Assembly (NCBI GenBank): GCA_964404345.1
Contig: CAYOJS010000001.1
Location: 1,839 to 44,236, forward strand
Length of the DNA: 42,398 nucleotides
Origin: an uncultured Methanosarcinales archaeon
GTDB lineage: Archaea; Nanobdellota; Nanobdellia; Woesearchaeales; SM23-78
Reading direction: 5' to 3'
Part shown: positions 26,327-34,117 of the stretch, one piece after another
Layout: every line of letters begins with the position of its first letter
Numbering within the stretch: the first letter of the stretch is position 1
Translations under genes and position numbers: made by a program
Notes under the pieces: model-generated
What the model was told of the DNA's origin: nothing
Seen by the model: the letters and a program-made list of their open reading frames with translations, nothing else
Databases searched by the model: none

Positions 26327-26667
26327 ATCCTTTGTTAAAGCCTGCCTTTATGATCCTATCCGAAAGCGCTAAAGCTGTAGCGTTAACAGACGCAATTCGA
26401 GTAAAAGAAGTAGATGCAGAGCGGAAGATAGCTCTAGAAGGGGGGGGATCTACTAAGCAAAGGGCAGAAGCCTTTTTAGAGGCGAAAGCCATAGCAAAGC
26501 CTCTACCAGGTTCTTTATTGGCCGGGGTGGATAAGCGCTTAGATCTCATAGAATTAAGCGGAGAAGTGGCGCGCTTGGAGCTTTTATTGAAAGAAGTGAA
26601 AAATACAGGGAGATATTCTTTTTTGGAACTGAGGGGATTAAGTTCTAAAATAGAGTGGCTGAAATAA
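26323..26667 (+). CDS. hypothetical protein
   Basis: 114-aa ORF, translationally coupled (ATGA) to 25787..26326. Confidence 0.5.
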   Translation: MNPLLKPAFMILSESAKAVALTDAIRVKEVDAERKIALEGGGSTKQRAEAFLEAKAIAKPLPGSLLAGVDKRLDLIELSGEVARLELLLKEVKNTGRYSFLELRGLSSKIEWLK

Positions 26668-26687
26668 AAAATAAGAGAACGTATGGT

Positions 26688-26852
26688 TTAAAGATCACGA
26701 GCCATAACCGTTTTTCTTCCATTGGATTGAGCTCTGGCAATAGCATCCTTAATCAATTGGGTTGCTTTTTTGTCTAGGGCTTCCACAAAATCACCTGCAA
26801 CATTATATTCTTTTGTGAGCTCTTTCACTTTCGCTTTTACAATAACAGACAT
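26688..26852 (-). CDS. small DUF1931-like (histone-fold-like) protein, 54 aa
   Basis: Not in the ORF track. My translation is MSVIVKAKVKELTKEYNVAGDFVEALDKKATQLIKDAIARAQSNGRKTVMARDL. GGAGGTG lies 5 nt upstream of the ATG. Confidence 0.7.
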   Translation of the reverse strand: MSVIVKAKVKELTKEYNVAGDFVEALDKKATQLIKDAIARAQSNGRKTVMARDL

Positions 26853-27065
26853 GATACACCTCCAATGAACAAACCCCAGTTGGGGGGATATTTAAACTTT
26901 TTGTTTGCAATATGTTAAATGGAAAGTTTTATAAAAGCCGAAGAGTAAGAATTAATCGACGAGAAAAATCATCAAGCGAAAGGTTTATATACACCTCAAC
27001 ATATACTTTCCTAAATAAAGAAAGCAAAGTACTATAAAAAAGAATATACGTCTGGAGGGGTAACA

Positions 27066-27353
27066 TTGGATGTAACTAAAGTGGTTCGTACAAAAAAGAT
27101 TTTCAATGTTTTCTTTCGTGAAAAACCTGCTCTAATGATGATCCACCTATTAAATAAAACCGCAGATATCTATGCTTCTTCTTTAGCAAAGACGGTTGAT
27201 TGCACGTACAGTCATGTCGTAAAGATTTTGCAAGAAATGAGTAAAGCAGGCCTGGTTTCATTTGACAAGCAAGGTCGTTTGAAAGTTTTAAACCTAACAA
27301 AGAAAGGGCAAGAAATGGCTCAGCATATTGAAAAAATAAAGAATATGTTATAG
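27066..27353 (+). CDS. small winged-helix DNA-binding protein
   Basis: 'IYASSLAKTVDCTYSHVVKILQEMSKAGLVSFDKQGRLKVLNLTKKG' is an HTH plus wing. TTG start. Confidence 0.65.
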   Translation: MDVTKVVRTKKIFNVFFREKPALMMIHLLNKTADIYASSLAKTVDCTYSHVVKILQEMSKAGLVSFDKQGRLKVLNLTKKGQEMAQHIEKIKNML

Positions 27354-27370
27354 ATAATTATTTCTATATC

Positions 27371-28459
27371 CTATAATTTAAATCGCCTGACTTCTAACTT
27401 GCCCGGTTGAGCTTTGACCTCGCACTCATCTTCAGGACTAAAGCGGGTTAATTTGGTTATGACTTCAGGAAGTAAAATGCGAGCACCCCGGAAATCCAAG
27501 TTACTGATGAATTCTTGAGGGGCTTTCGTGTCAATGGTTTTAAAGAGGTTCCGAGTGTCTTTTTGCATAAGATGATCCAATCGCTCTTGTGTACGTTGAG
27601 ATAAGAATTTAGCAAGAACATTGGATAGGTCTGTTTTTGTAACTTTACTGATACCACCCAAACCAGGACTGATATTTACTTCAATGACAAAGGGCCCTTT
27701 GTGGCTTTCGAGCATATCCACGGCTGCAATCTCTGCTCTCGAAGCCTTGGCAGCTTTAATGGCCAATTGCTCGATAGCAGGATCTAGGGCAGCGGGTTCC
27801 ACTTTCCCTCCTAAGTGCCAATTGCTTCGCTTTTCACTTCCACCCGAACGATACCGCACAGATCCAGCTACTCGATCTCCCATCACCAATCCTCGAAGAT
27901 GAGTACCACCTGATTTCTCGTCACCCGTATCAATAAATTCTTGGATAATAAAAGGCTGTTTAAGTGCAGTAAGGGCATCAAGAATGCTGCTAGCAGATGC
28001 AAAGGTATCTGCTACCATAACACCTTTTCCTTGAGTGCCTTGAGGAAATTTCATAATGACAGGATAAGTGACATTTTTAAGAATTTCTCGAGCAGCCACC
28101 ACCGTTGCAGCAAGGTAGGTTTTAGGCATGGGAATTTGATTGCGGGCAAAGGCAAGTTGGGTGAGAAATTTATCATGAGCAATGGAGAAAGCCTCTTCGT
28201 GTAGGGGCATATAGCACTTATCATATCGAAGACTCGTAAGGGCTTGGAGGATGCTCGCATAACGAAAGCTACCTTTGGCATAGATGCAATCATATTCTGC
28301 TAAGGGTTTGCCTTCATATAGCACTTCTGCTTTATTACCCGAAAAGTGGACTTCAATATGTTTAAGGCTTAGATGGTCTACTTGGGAGAAGTACTTTTTC
28401 ATAGCTTCAGCTGTCATTTTGCTACTTTCGCTTCCGAGGCTGATGAGCGCGGCTTTCAT
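27371..28459 (-). CDS. rimK: RimK-type ATP-grasp ligase with a roughly 80-aa C-terminal extension
   Basis: ATP-grasp blocks 'YPVIMKFPQGTQGKGV', 'FIIQEFI' and 'AAVDMLES..GPFVIEVNISPG'. The tail '...ARILLPEVITKLTRFSPEDECEVKAQPGKLEVRR' looks AbrB/SpoVT-like, but that call is weak. Confidence 0.85.
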   Translation of the reverse strand: MKAALISLGSESSKMTAEAMKKYFSQVDHLSLKHIEVHFSGNKAEVLYEGKPLAEYDCIYAKGSFRYASILQALTSLRYDKCYMPLHEEAFSIAHDKFLTQLAFARNQIPMPKTYLAATVVAAREILKNVTYPVIMKFPQGTQGKGVMVADTFASASSILDALTALKQPFIIQEFIDTGDEKSGGTHLRGLVMGDRVAGSVRYRSGGSEKRSNWHLGGKVEPAALDPAIEQLAIKAAKASRAEIAAVDMLESHKGPFVIEVNISPGLGGISKVTKTDLSNVLAKFLSQRTQERLDHLMQKDTRNLFKTIDTKAPQEFISNLDFRGARILLPEVITKLTRFSPEDECEVKAQPGKLEVRRFKL

Positions 28460-28866
28460 AGAGGGTCTGCCTTGGGTTTTCGAAGGGAAGGGTCAATCAA
28501 ATAACCACTGCGGAGGATGTTTTCTCCGATGAGGACCTTGTAGCGCATATGCGCACGATCGGCAAGAGTGAACTTGGCGCGTACGCGTTTCCCTCCTAAT
28601 AAAATATCAGCATCAATAACAGGCCTAAGTTTGTTGCCATGCGCACTTTTGACAATGCGGCTTTCAACCACGGGGCCGAGTTTGAGATTAAGGGCGAGGT
28701 TTAAGTCGATGCTGCTTTTAGAAGCCCCTGTATCGATTTTGGCAAGGGCCATATGCTCACCATCATGCCCTTGAATGACAATCCTCTCCGTTAAACCAAG
28801 AATGATTTTCTTCACATCTATTTCAAAAGGGTGCTTGTTTTTAAGCTTTATGGTCAGTTTCCTCAT
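28456..28866 (-). CDS. retropepsin-like 'ATP-dependent zinc protease' family protein (RimK-associated)
   Basis: 'ALAKIDTGASKSSID' (D-T-G) and 'YKVLIGENILR'. Overlaps rimK by 4 nt (ATGA) and lysS by 26 nt. Confidence 0.75.
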   Translation of the reverse strand: MRKLTIKLKNKHPFEIDVKKIILGLTERIVIQGHDGEHMALAKIDTGASKSSIDLNLALNLKLGPVVESRIVKSAHGNKLRPVIDADILLGGKRVRAKFTLADRAHMRYKVLIGENILRSGYLIDPSLRKPKADPL

Positions 28867-30337
28867 CTTTTAGGGGTTTCATCGTGGGGAAGAAAATAAT
28901 ATCTCGGATACTCCAACAATTGGTGAATAGCATGACCAGGCGGTCGATACCAATACCGATCCCTCCTAAGGTAGGCATACCATACTCCAGAGAAATAATA
29001 AAGTCTTCATCCATGGGATGGGCTTCTTCTTTACCAGCACACAGGGCTGCTTGTTCCGATTCAAAGCGCTCTCGCTGGGCAATCGGATCTGTAATCTCGC
29101 TCCAGCCATCCCCGATTTCTTTGCCGCTGACATAGCATTCAAATCGCTCTACATAACGAGGATCTTCTCGATGAACTTTACTGAGGGGGGAAACTTCTTT
29201 TGGGTAATCAATGATCCAAGTAGGATTTTCCAGTTGGGGTCCGATGAGTTTGTCAAAGATCTCAAAGATCAACGTGCCTTTATTGGGGCTCCCGCGTACG
29301 TCAATCTTTTTTTCTCCACAGAAATCTCTTAGTTCGCTTTCAGACATTTTTTCTACATCAATGTCTAGGTTTTGCTGAATGGCATCCACCATGCGGATGC
29401 GGGGAAATTTGGGTCCTAAGTCCACTTCCTTGTCATGAACAGGAATTTTCATTGTTCCATAGACTTGTTTGGCTATAAAGCGGTACATGTCTTCGGCGCG
29501 GTCCATCATGATGTGATAGTCTGCATAGGCTTCGTACCATTCAATCATCGTAAACTCAGGATTATGTGTTTGATCAACACCCTCATTGCGGAAGTTTCTT
29601 GCGATCTCATAGATTTTTTCAAAGCCGCCGACGACAAGTCTTTTCAAGTACAGCTCAGGCGCTACGCGCAGATACATAGGCATATTATAAGCGTTGATGT
29701 GCGTCGTGAAGGGTTTTGCATTCGTTCCTCCGTATAAGACTTGAAGGACTGGAGTCTCAACTTCAAGGAAGCCATGGCTGTTGAGGAATTGGCGTACCGC
29801 ATCAATGATCTTGGTGCGTTTCACAAAGCGTTCTTTGACTTCAGGATTCACAATCAAGTCCAAGTAGCGTTGCCGGTAGCGAAGTTCTTTGTCTTGCAAA
29901 CCATGGTATTTCTCAGGCAAGGGCAAGATGCTTTTGCAAAGGACTGTAAGCTTATTGACAAAGACCGTAATTTCACCAGTTTTCGTTTTTAAGATCGATC
30001 CTTCCACACCGATCCAGTCTCCTGCATCGAGGAGTTTTAAGATCTCATATTGGTCAAGACCTAACTGGTCTTCTCGAAAGTAAAGCTGAATTTTACCGCT
30101 TTGGTCTTGAAGGCTTGCAAAGGTAGCCTTCCCCATACGTCGAAAAATCAAGACGCGCCCGGCTACAGAAACCACATCTTCTACTTTTTCTTCGTTTTTT
30201 AGGTGAGCGTATTTAGATTGAACTTCACTGGCATGCTGTGACTTATGATAACGATAAGGATAGGGGTTAATACCTCGTTTCTTGAGTTCTTCGAGTTTCT
30301 TGAGGCGTTCCTCAACTAATAGATTTTTTTCTTGCAT
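28841..30337 (-). CDS. lysS: lysine--tRNA ligase, class II
   Basis: N-terminal OB-fold anticodon-binding domain. Class II motifs 'FLEVETPVL', 'YEIARNFRNEG' and 'GGIGIGIDRLVM'. Confidence 0.93.
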   Translation of the reverse strand: MQEKNLLVEERLKKLEELKKRGINPYPYRYHKSQHASEVQSKYAHLKNEEKVEDVVSVAGRVLIFRRMGKATFASLQDQSGKIQLYFREDQLGLDQYEILKLLDAGDWIGVEGSILKTKTGEITVFVNKLTVLCKSILPLPEKYHGLQDKELRYRQRYLDLIVNPEVKERFVKRTKIIDAVRQFLNSHGFLEVETPVLQVLYGGTNAKPFTTHINAYNMPMYLRVAPELYLKRLVVGGFEKIYEIARNFRNEGVDQTHNPEFTMIEWYEAYADYHIMMDRAEDMYRFIAKQVYGTMKIPVHDKEVDLGPKFPRIRMVDAIQQNLDIDVEKMSESELRDFCGEKKIDVRGSPNKGTLIFEIFDKLIGPQLENPTWIIDYPKEVSPLSKVHREDPRYVERFECYVSGKEIGDGWSEITDPIAQRERFESEQAALCAGKEEAHPMDEDFIISLEYGMPTLGGIGIGIDRLVMLFTNCWSIRDIIFFPTMKPLKDEETDHKA

Positions 30338-30381
30338 CTCAGCTTGTACCTAGGTCTCGTTTATATAATTTATGTGTAAAA

Positions 30382-30726
30382 TTAGGCCAATTTCAGTTTA
30401 GAAAGCAACGAGTCGAGTTTTCCTTCCGCGTCCGGCCCGATACCCAAGCAAGTGATCGTTCCAGGTTCCACAACCGTATGGCCAGCATCCATAATCAATG
30501 CCGTCGTCAACCCCGCGTCTCGAGCTCGTTTTTCATATAGCTTCAGTTCAGCTAAATCATCTACTTTGAGGACGATCTTTCCTTGCCCAGCTTCTTCCCA
30601 ATCTCTAACTTTCTCTCGGGAGCTGTTCGCTGCCGCTTGTACAGCTGCATGTGCCACTTGCGCTGCCATCTTCCCTTTCGGCAGTTTCAGATCTGCTCGA
30701 ACGAGAATCGCTTGTTTGTAGGTCAT
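30382..30726 (-). CDS. pth2: peptidyl-tRNA hydrolase, archaeal type (Pth2)
   Basis: 'YKQAILVRADLKLPKGKMAAQVAHAAV...TALIMDAGHTVVEPGTITCLGIGP'. Start taken at MTYKQ, not the track start 30792. Confidence 0.88.
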   Translation of the reverse strand: MTYKQAILVRADLKLPKGKMAAQVAHAAVQAAANSSREKVRDWEEAGQGKIVLKVDDLAELKLYEKRARDAGLTTALIMDAGHTVVEPGTITCLGIGPDAEGKLDSLLSKLKLA

Positions 30727-30849
30727 GCATCCCCCGAGCCACTCTAAGTTTATATGTTTTTGGCTCGATTCCTCATAGCCTTGCCGAAACACAAAGATTT
30801 TTAAGCCTAGTAAAACCCGTTTTTAACATGCGGGGGTAGCAAAGCCTGG

Positions 30850-30867
30850 CGTCGAATAGACGGGCAA
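30850..30867 (+). other. tRNA-Leu intron 1 (D-loop), 18 nt
   Basis: Central helix GCCT (30844-47) / GGGC (30862-65). Bulges GGC (30848-50) and AAT (30866-68). Inner helix GTC/GAC with loop GAATA. Confidence 0.75.
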
Positions 30868-30887
30868 TCAAATGCGCAGGACTTAAG

Positions 30888-30926
30888 ACACTTAAGTGCT
30901 GAGGCCTTCGGCCTGTGACGTAAGTC
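30888..30926 (+). other. tRNA-Leu intron 2 (canonical 37/38), 39 nt
   Basis: Central helix CTTA (30882-85) / TAAG (30921-24). Bulges AGA (30886-88) and TCA (30925-27). Internal hairpin AGGCC/GGCCT. Confidence 0.75.
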
Positions 30927-30950
30927 ATCCTGTCCCTTAGTGGGTTCGAG

Positions 30951-30981
30951 ATGCTCAAAACAAGCGTTTTGAGCACGAAAA
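30951..30981 (+). other. tRNA-Leu intron 3 (T-stem, between stem positions 3 and 4), 31 nt
   Basis: Central helix TTCG (30945-48) / CGAA (30976-79). Bulges AGA (30949-51) and AAG (30980-82). 10-bp inner helix TGCTCAAAAC/GTTTTGAGCA with loop AAGC. Confidence 0.75.
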
Positions 30982-31101
30982 GGTTCAAATCCCTTCCCCC
31001 GCATCTTTTTTAAAGGGATCACTAGGGGCACAGTTCCTGCGAAAACTAGATGAATCGCTACAGATTTCTCCTGTTAATTTTTTATTCCAAAGAGGCTTTG
31101 T

Positions 31102-32016
31102 ATGAATAAAAAAATTAACAAGGAAATCTTAGAGCTCGACGATATTTATAAGACCTACACAGGGTCAGTGCCAAATAAAGCAAAAGAAGCATTTAGAGAG
31201 TGGCTGCCTCTAGTACAGGGATCCAATCTAGCCCATGAATTTGCTTATCTAGTGGCTAAAATCATGGGTGACGGGCATCTTGATAATCATTTCACAGTCA
31301 AGCTCGTATCAAGCAAAAGTGAAAGCTTAGACTTCATCAAGGAACTACTCATCAAAAAATGCTCGATCCAAAGACAACAAATCAAGCTTTATAGGCGAGA
31401 TCATAGCCCGACTACCCATTTACTACAGATTAATAATTCTGCGTTTGGAAGAACCCTTCACGCTTTAGGAGCGCCCAAAGGGAATAAAACGCTCACTCCT
31501 TTCAAAATTCCTAAGTGGATTATAGAATCTAAAGAATCCAGCCGAATATTCCTTCAAGGGTTGTTAGAAGATGAACTCACAACGGTAAAAATCGAGAGAA
31601 AATCATATGTAAATAAGTTGAGATTTAACATGAGAAAAATCCCTTCTTTAAGAGCATCACTAATGGAGTTTCTTAGTCAAGTCAAAGAACGAATCGAAAG
31701 TTTCAATGTAACCTGTAGTGGATTGCGCGAGTTAAAGCTTACTAATCATGAAAGGGTAGAGTATTATTTTTGGATCCTCAGAAACAAAGAAAATGTCATC
31801 AGATTCGCTGAGAATATAGGGTTCCGCTTCAATCAAGAAAAGACCCAAAAGCTCCTAGAGGCCTACAAAATCCTAATGGCAACCAAAAAACCAAAGATCG
31901 ACAAAAAAGCGATTCTTAGACTCAGAGTCAAAGGATATAGCATTCGACAGATTGCAAATGAAGTGGGCACATCTAGGTCAGCAGTGCATAGACTGATAGT
32001 AAAGGAAAGATCTTAA
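31102..32016 (+). CDS. LAGLIDADG homing endonuclease (double-motif, monomeric type) with C-terminal HTH
   Basis: Motif 1 'FAYLVAKIMGDGHL', motif 2 'RIFLQGLLEDELT', and 'GAPKGNKTLTPFKIPKWI' typical of the family. The C-terminal 'GYSIRQIANEVGTSRSAVHRLI' is a resolvase/sigma-like HTH. Confidence 0.85.
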   Translation: MNKKINKEILELDDIYKTYTGSVPNKAKEAFREWLPLVQGSNLAHEFAYLVAKIMGDGHLDNHFTVKLVSSKSESLDFIKELLIKKCSIQRQQIKLYRRDHSPTTHLLQINNSAFGRTLHALGAPKGNKTLTPFKIPKWIIESKESSRIFLQGLLEDELTTVKIERKSYVNKLRFNMRKIPSLRASLMEFLSQVKERIESFNVTCSGLRELKLTNHERVEYYFWILRNKENVIRFAENIGFRFNQEKTQKLLEAYKILMATKKPKIDKKAILRLRVKGYSIRQIANEVGTSRSAVHRLIVKERS

Positions 32017-32019
32017 CGA

Positions 32020-32039
32020 TTCGAATCCCTTCCCCCGCA
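32020..32039 (+). repeat. orphan direct repeat of the tRNA-Leu 3' end (T-loop to discriminator)
   Basis: 19/20 identical to 30984-31003. Starts 3 nt after the endonuclease stop codon. No upstream tRNA body is present. Confidence 0.75.
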
Positions 32040-32075
32040 CTTTTCTATTTTTTCTAAAAACTTGGAACGAAAAAA

Positions 32076-32083
32076 CTATAAAG
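32076..32083 (+). promoter_or_regulatory. TATA box (CTATAAAG) for the NUDIX gene
   Basis: Centred about 25 nt upstream of GTG 32105. Confidence 0.45.
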
Positions 32084-32104
32084 ACAAATGAAACCCTTCT
32101 TAGA

Positions 32105-32569
32105 GTGAAACAAGCCACTTTGTGTTTTCTCGTGAAAGGCAAGCAAGTTCTCCTCGGCATGAAAAAGCGTGGCTTTGGCGAAGGCAAGTTCAACGGGTTT
32201 GGCGGTAAGCCGAAGGAGAACGAATCCTTGGAAGACGCGGCTCTTCGAGAATTGCTAGAAGAAGCAAAGGTTAAGGGTTCAAAAGAAAACCTAGAGAAGA
32301 TGGCTGCTTTGTCCTTTTTCTTTTCACAAAAGCCCGAGTGGAATCAACAAGTGCATGTATTCGTGTTAAAGGAATGGGAAGGCAGTCCAGAGGAAACAGA
32401 AGAAATGGCTCCAGCTTGGTTTCACCATGAAAAGATTCCATTCGGTAAGATGTGGCAGGACGACCAACATTGGCTTCCTCGAATACTAAACGGAAAAAAG
32501 TTAGAAGCAGAATTCACCTTTGGCAAGGACAATGAATCCATTCTTGATTTTAAGATGAAGGAAAAATAA
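32105..32569 (+). CDS. NUDIX hydrolase, MTH1/MutT-like
   Basis: Nudix box 'GFGGKPKENESLEDAALRELLEEAKV' and an MTH1-like 'MWQDDQHWLPRILNGKKLEAEFTF'. Confidence 0.85.
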   Translation: MKQATLCFLVKGKQVLLGMKKRGFGEGKFNGFGGKPKENESLEDAALRELLEEAKVKGSKENLEKMAALSFFFSQKPEWNQQVHVFVLKEWEGSPEETEEMAPAWFHHEKIPFGKMWQDDQHWLPRILNGKKLEAEFTFGKDNESILDFKMKEK

Positions 32570-32581
32570 GACAGCCAGTTC

Positions 32582-32899
32582 TTAATACTCCTGTATGCTA
32601 GAATCGTATTTCTTCCAGGCTAGGATGCCTCCAATCAAGTTAGTGGCTTTGTAGTCTTTCTGGATGAGGAATTCGCAAGCCTTGCTGATACGCCCACCAG
32701 TTCGGCAATACACTACATACTCTTTTTTCGGATCGAGTTCCTTGTAGCGCCTTTCAAGCTCAGGAAGAGGGATTTGTTTATACCCTGCAACTGTCCCGTA
32801 TTGAAGCTCATCCGGATTCCGTACGTCCAGAATCTTCACCTTTGCCTTAGAATCCAATTTCTTCTTGAGCTCGTCGACAGTAAGCGTGGGAAGGACCAT
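32582..32899 (-). CDS. rhodanese-domain protein
   Basis: 'ILDVRNPDELQYG' and the active-site loop 'VVYCRTGGRISKA'. Confidence 0.85.
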   Translation of the reverse strand: MVLPTLTVDELKKKLDSKAKVKILDVRNPDELQYGTVAGYKQIPLPELERRYKELDPKKEYVVYCRTGGRISKACEFLIQKDYKATNLIGGILAWKKYDSSIQEY

Positions 32900-33072
32900 A
32901 AAGAGGCGTAAGGCAAGCTTGCTTTTAAGGATTCTTATCTAAGCTTAAACAAGCCATATTAGCCGTTTTCAAGCTTTTCAGCCGTTTTAACGAATGTTTA
33001 GAGATAAATTTATAAAGTTGGCTTCGTCGAAGGAGAGTAGAGCGCTTAGTTTTAAGCGTGATAGGTGATACC

Positions 33073-33216
33073 ATGGAAGGCTATTGTGTTAAGTGCAAAG
33101 CAAAGCGAGAGATCAAAAACGGTAAAGAGAGTAAGAACGCTAAGGGTCGTAGAATGATGAAGGGCGATTGCCCTACCTGTGGCACCATTGTTTGCCGCAT
33201 CTTACCAAACAAGTAA
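33073..33216 (+). CDS. small zinc-ribbon protein, 47 aa
   Basis: Not in the ORF track. Translation is MEGYCVKCKAKREIKNGKESKNAKGRRMMKGDCPTCGTIVCRILPNK, with CxxC...CxxC. AGGTGA lies 5 nt upstream. It resembles the DUF5679 pattern. Confidence 0.6.
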   Translation: MEGYCVKCKAKREIKNGKESKNAKGRRMMKGDCPTCGTIVCRILPNK

Positions 33217-33335
33217 AGCCGTTTAAGCTTTATTTTTTTGTTCTTCTGATTAGATCTTTTTTTCTATGTTTTCTAAATAGGTTAAGCATTCTAAGGTCAA
33301 TCAAAACGAAAAGAGTTTCTTTTGATCAGAATGAC

Positions 33336-34091
33336 TCACGAAGAAGCAGGTTCTTCGGGAAGGGATTGCGCTTTAGCAGGCAATTGAAAGTCAGCTTGCG
33401 TAGGCGGATGATAAGCAGTAGCTTCCAAGGTGTTCTCAAAGGTTGAAGTCTGTGTATGACTATAGAGTAAGGCTCCTTTTTCATCATAGCAATAGGTGGT
33501 TTGACCGCTCTCTTGGGTTTGAGGGTCTTGAAAGCCGAGGCCGAAACATCGAGCTTTTACTCCTAAAAAGGTTTTTTGGCCTGCATCCGTAACATCCATC
33601 TTTTCAAGGTCATCCTGAATGGCTTGTTGAATTTGAGGAGTAGGATCGTTCTTAGGTTTGGGGAGTTCATAGCAAGTCCATTGACTCGATTCCATTTGGC
33701 AAGCATAGTAAACTCCATTTAAAACATAATTGGCAGTCGTGGATTGAGAGTCTTCTAGCGTGGTTTTCATCGAGAGGTCTTTGCCGCGAATAGCAACGGT
33801 TTGAGTTCCCGAGATCGTATGGGTTTGGTCTTGGTCTTGAATCTGTGTCTGAAGGTGATAAGTAACTTTTGAAGTGGGGGGATTTTGCAGGTATTGACGG
33901 AGTTGTTCTTTAAGAGGGCTTAGGGTGGGAGAATCAGAAGAAGGTTGAGTGACTGCTTCAGGTTCAGGGGGGGTTTCTGAGGGTTGCCCCCCACCAGATA
34001 CTGCACGCACTTGCCGATAATCCGTGCTTTGTGATTGGCAAGCACTAAAAAGTAAAACCAGGAAGAAGAGCGCAACAAAAGCCTTGTTCAT
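33336..34091 (-). CDS. putative lipoprotein / secreted protein
   Basis: Signal plus lipobox-like 'LVLLFSAC', followed by a Ser/Pro/Thr/Gln-rich linker. Confidence 0.6.
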   Translation of the reverse strand: MNKAFVALFFLVLLFSACQSQSTDYRQVRAVSGGGQPSETPPEPEAVTQPSSDSPTLSPLKEQLRQYLQNPPTSKVTYHLQTQIQDQDQTHTISGTQTVAIRGKDLSMKTTLEDSQSTTANYVLNGVYYACQMESSQWTCYELPKPKNDPTPQIQQAIQDDLEKMDVTDAGQKTFLGVKARCFGLGFQDPQTQESGQTTYCYDEKGALLYSHTQTSTFENTLEATAYHPPTQADFQLPAKAQSLPEEPASS

Positions 34092-34117
34092 CAGCTGTAA
34101 AAGGAGTTTAGGGTTTT

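Larger units (their letters stand above)
30830..31003 (+). tRNA. tRNA-Leu(UAA) with three introns; exons 30830-30849, 30868-30887, 30927-30950, 30982-31003 give an 86-nt mature RNA
   Basis: After removing the introns the fold is: acceptor GCGGGGG/CCCCCGC, D-arm GCA-AAGCCTGGTCAAA-TGC, anticodon arm CAGGA-CTTAAGA-TCCTG, long variable arm TCCCTTAGTGGGTTC, T-arm GAGGG-TTCAAAT-CCCTT, discriminator A. Confidence 0.85.
31004..32039 (+). mobile_element. putative homing-endonuclease cassette bounded by tRNA-Leu 3'-end direct repeats
   Basis: A 1.0-kb interval between TTCAAATCCCTTCCCCCGCA (30984-31003) and TTCGAATCCCTTCCCCCGCA (32020-32039). Its only ORF is a LAGLIDADG-HTH protein. Confidence 0.5.

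Noticed and set aside
30773-31031. Minus-strand ORFs of 71 and 74 aa over the tRNA-Leu locus; also 31978..32193 over the orphan repeat.
   Set aside because: They overlap the tRNA gene, its introns and the repeat. They are spurious.
30942-32039. Model in which the LAGLIDADG ORF sits inside a giant fourth tRNA-Leu intron that uses the distal 3' end.
   Set aside because: The proximal 3' end already completes a perfect cloverleaf. I found no 4-bp central helix or bulge arrangement joining the 5' exon (30937-30950) to sequences just before 32020. Joining GGGTTCGA to the distal copy destroys the variable arm and T-stem.
33168-33446. 92-aa plus-strand ORF.
   Set aside because: It starts inside the zinc-ribbon ORF in another frame, runs through a T-rich convergent terminator region, and continues into the antisense of the lipoprotein gene.
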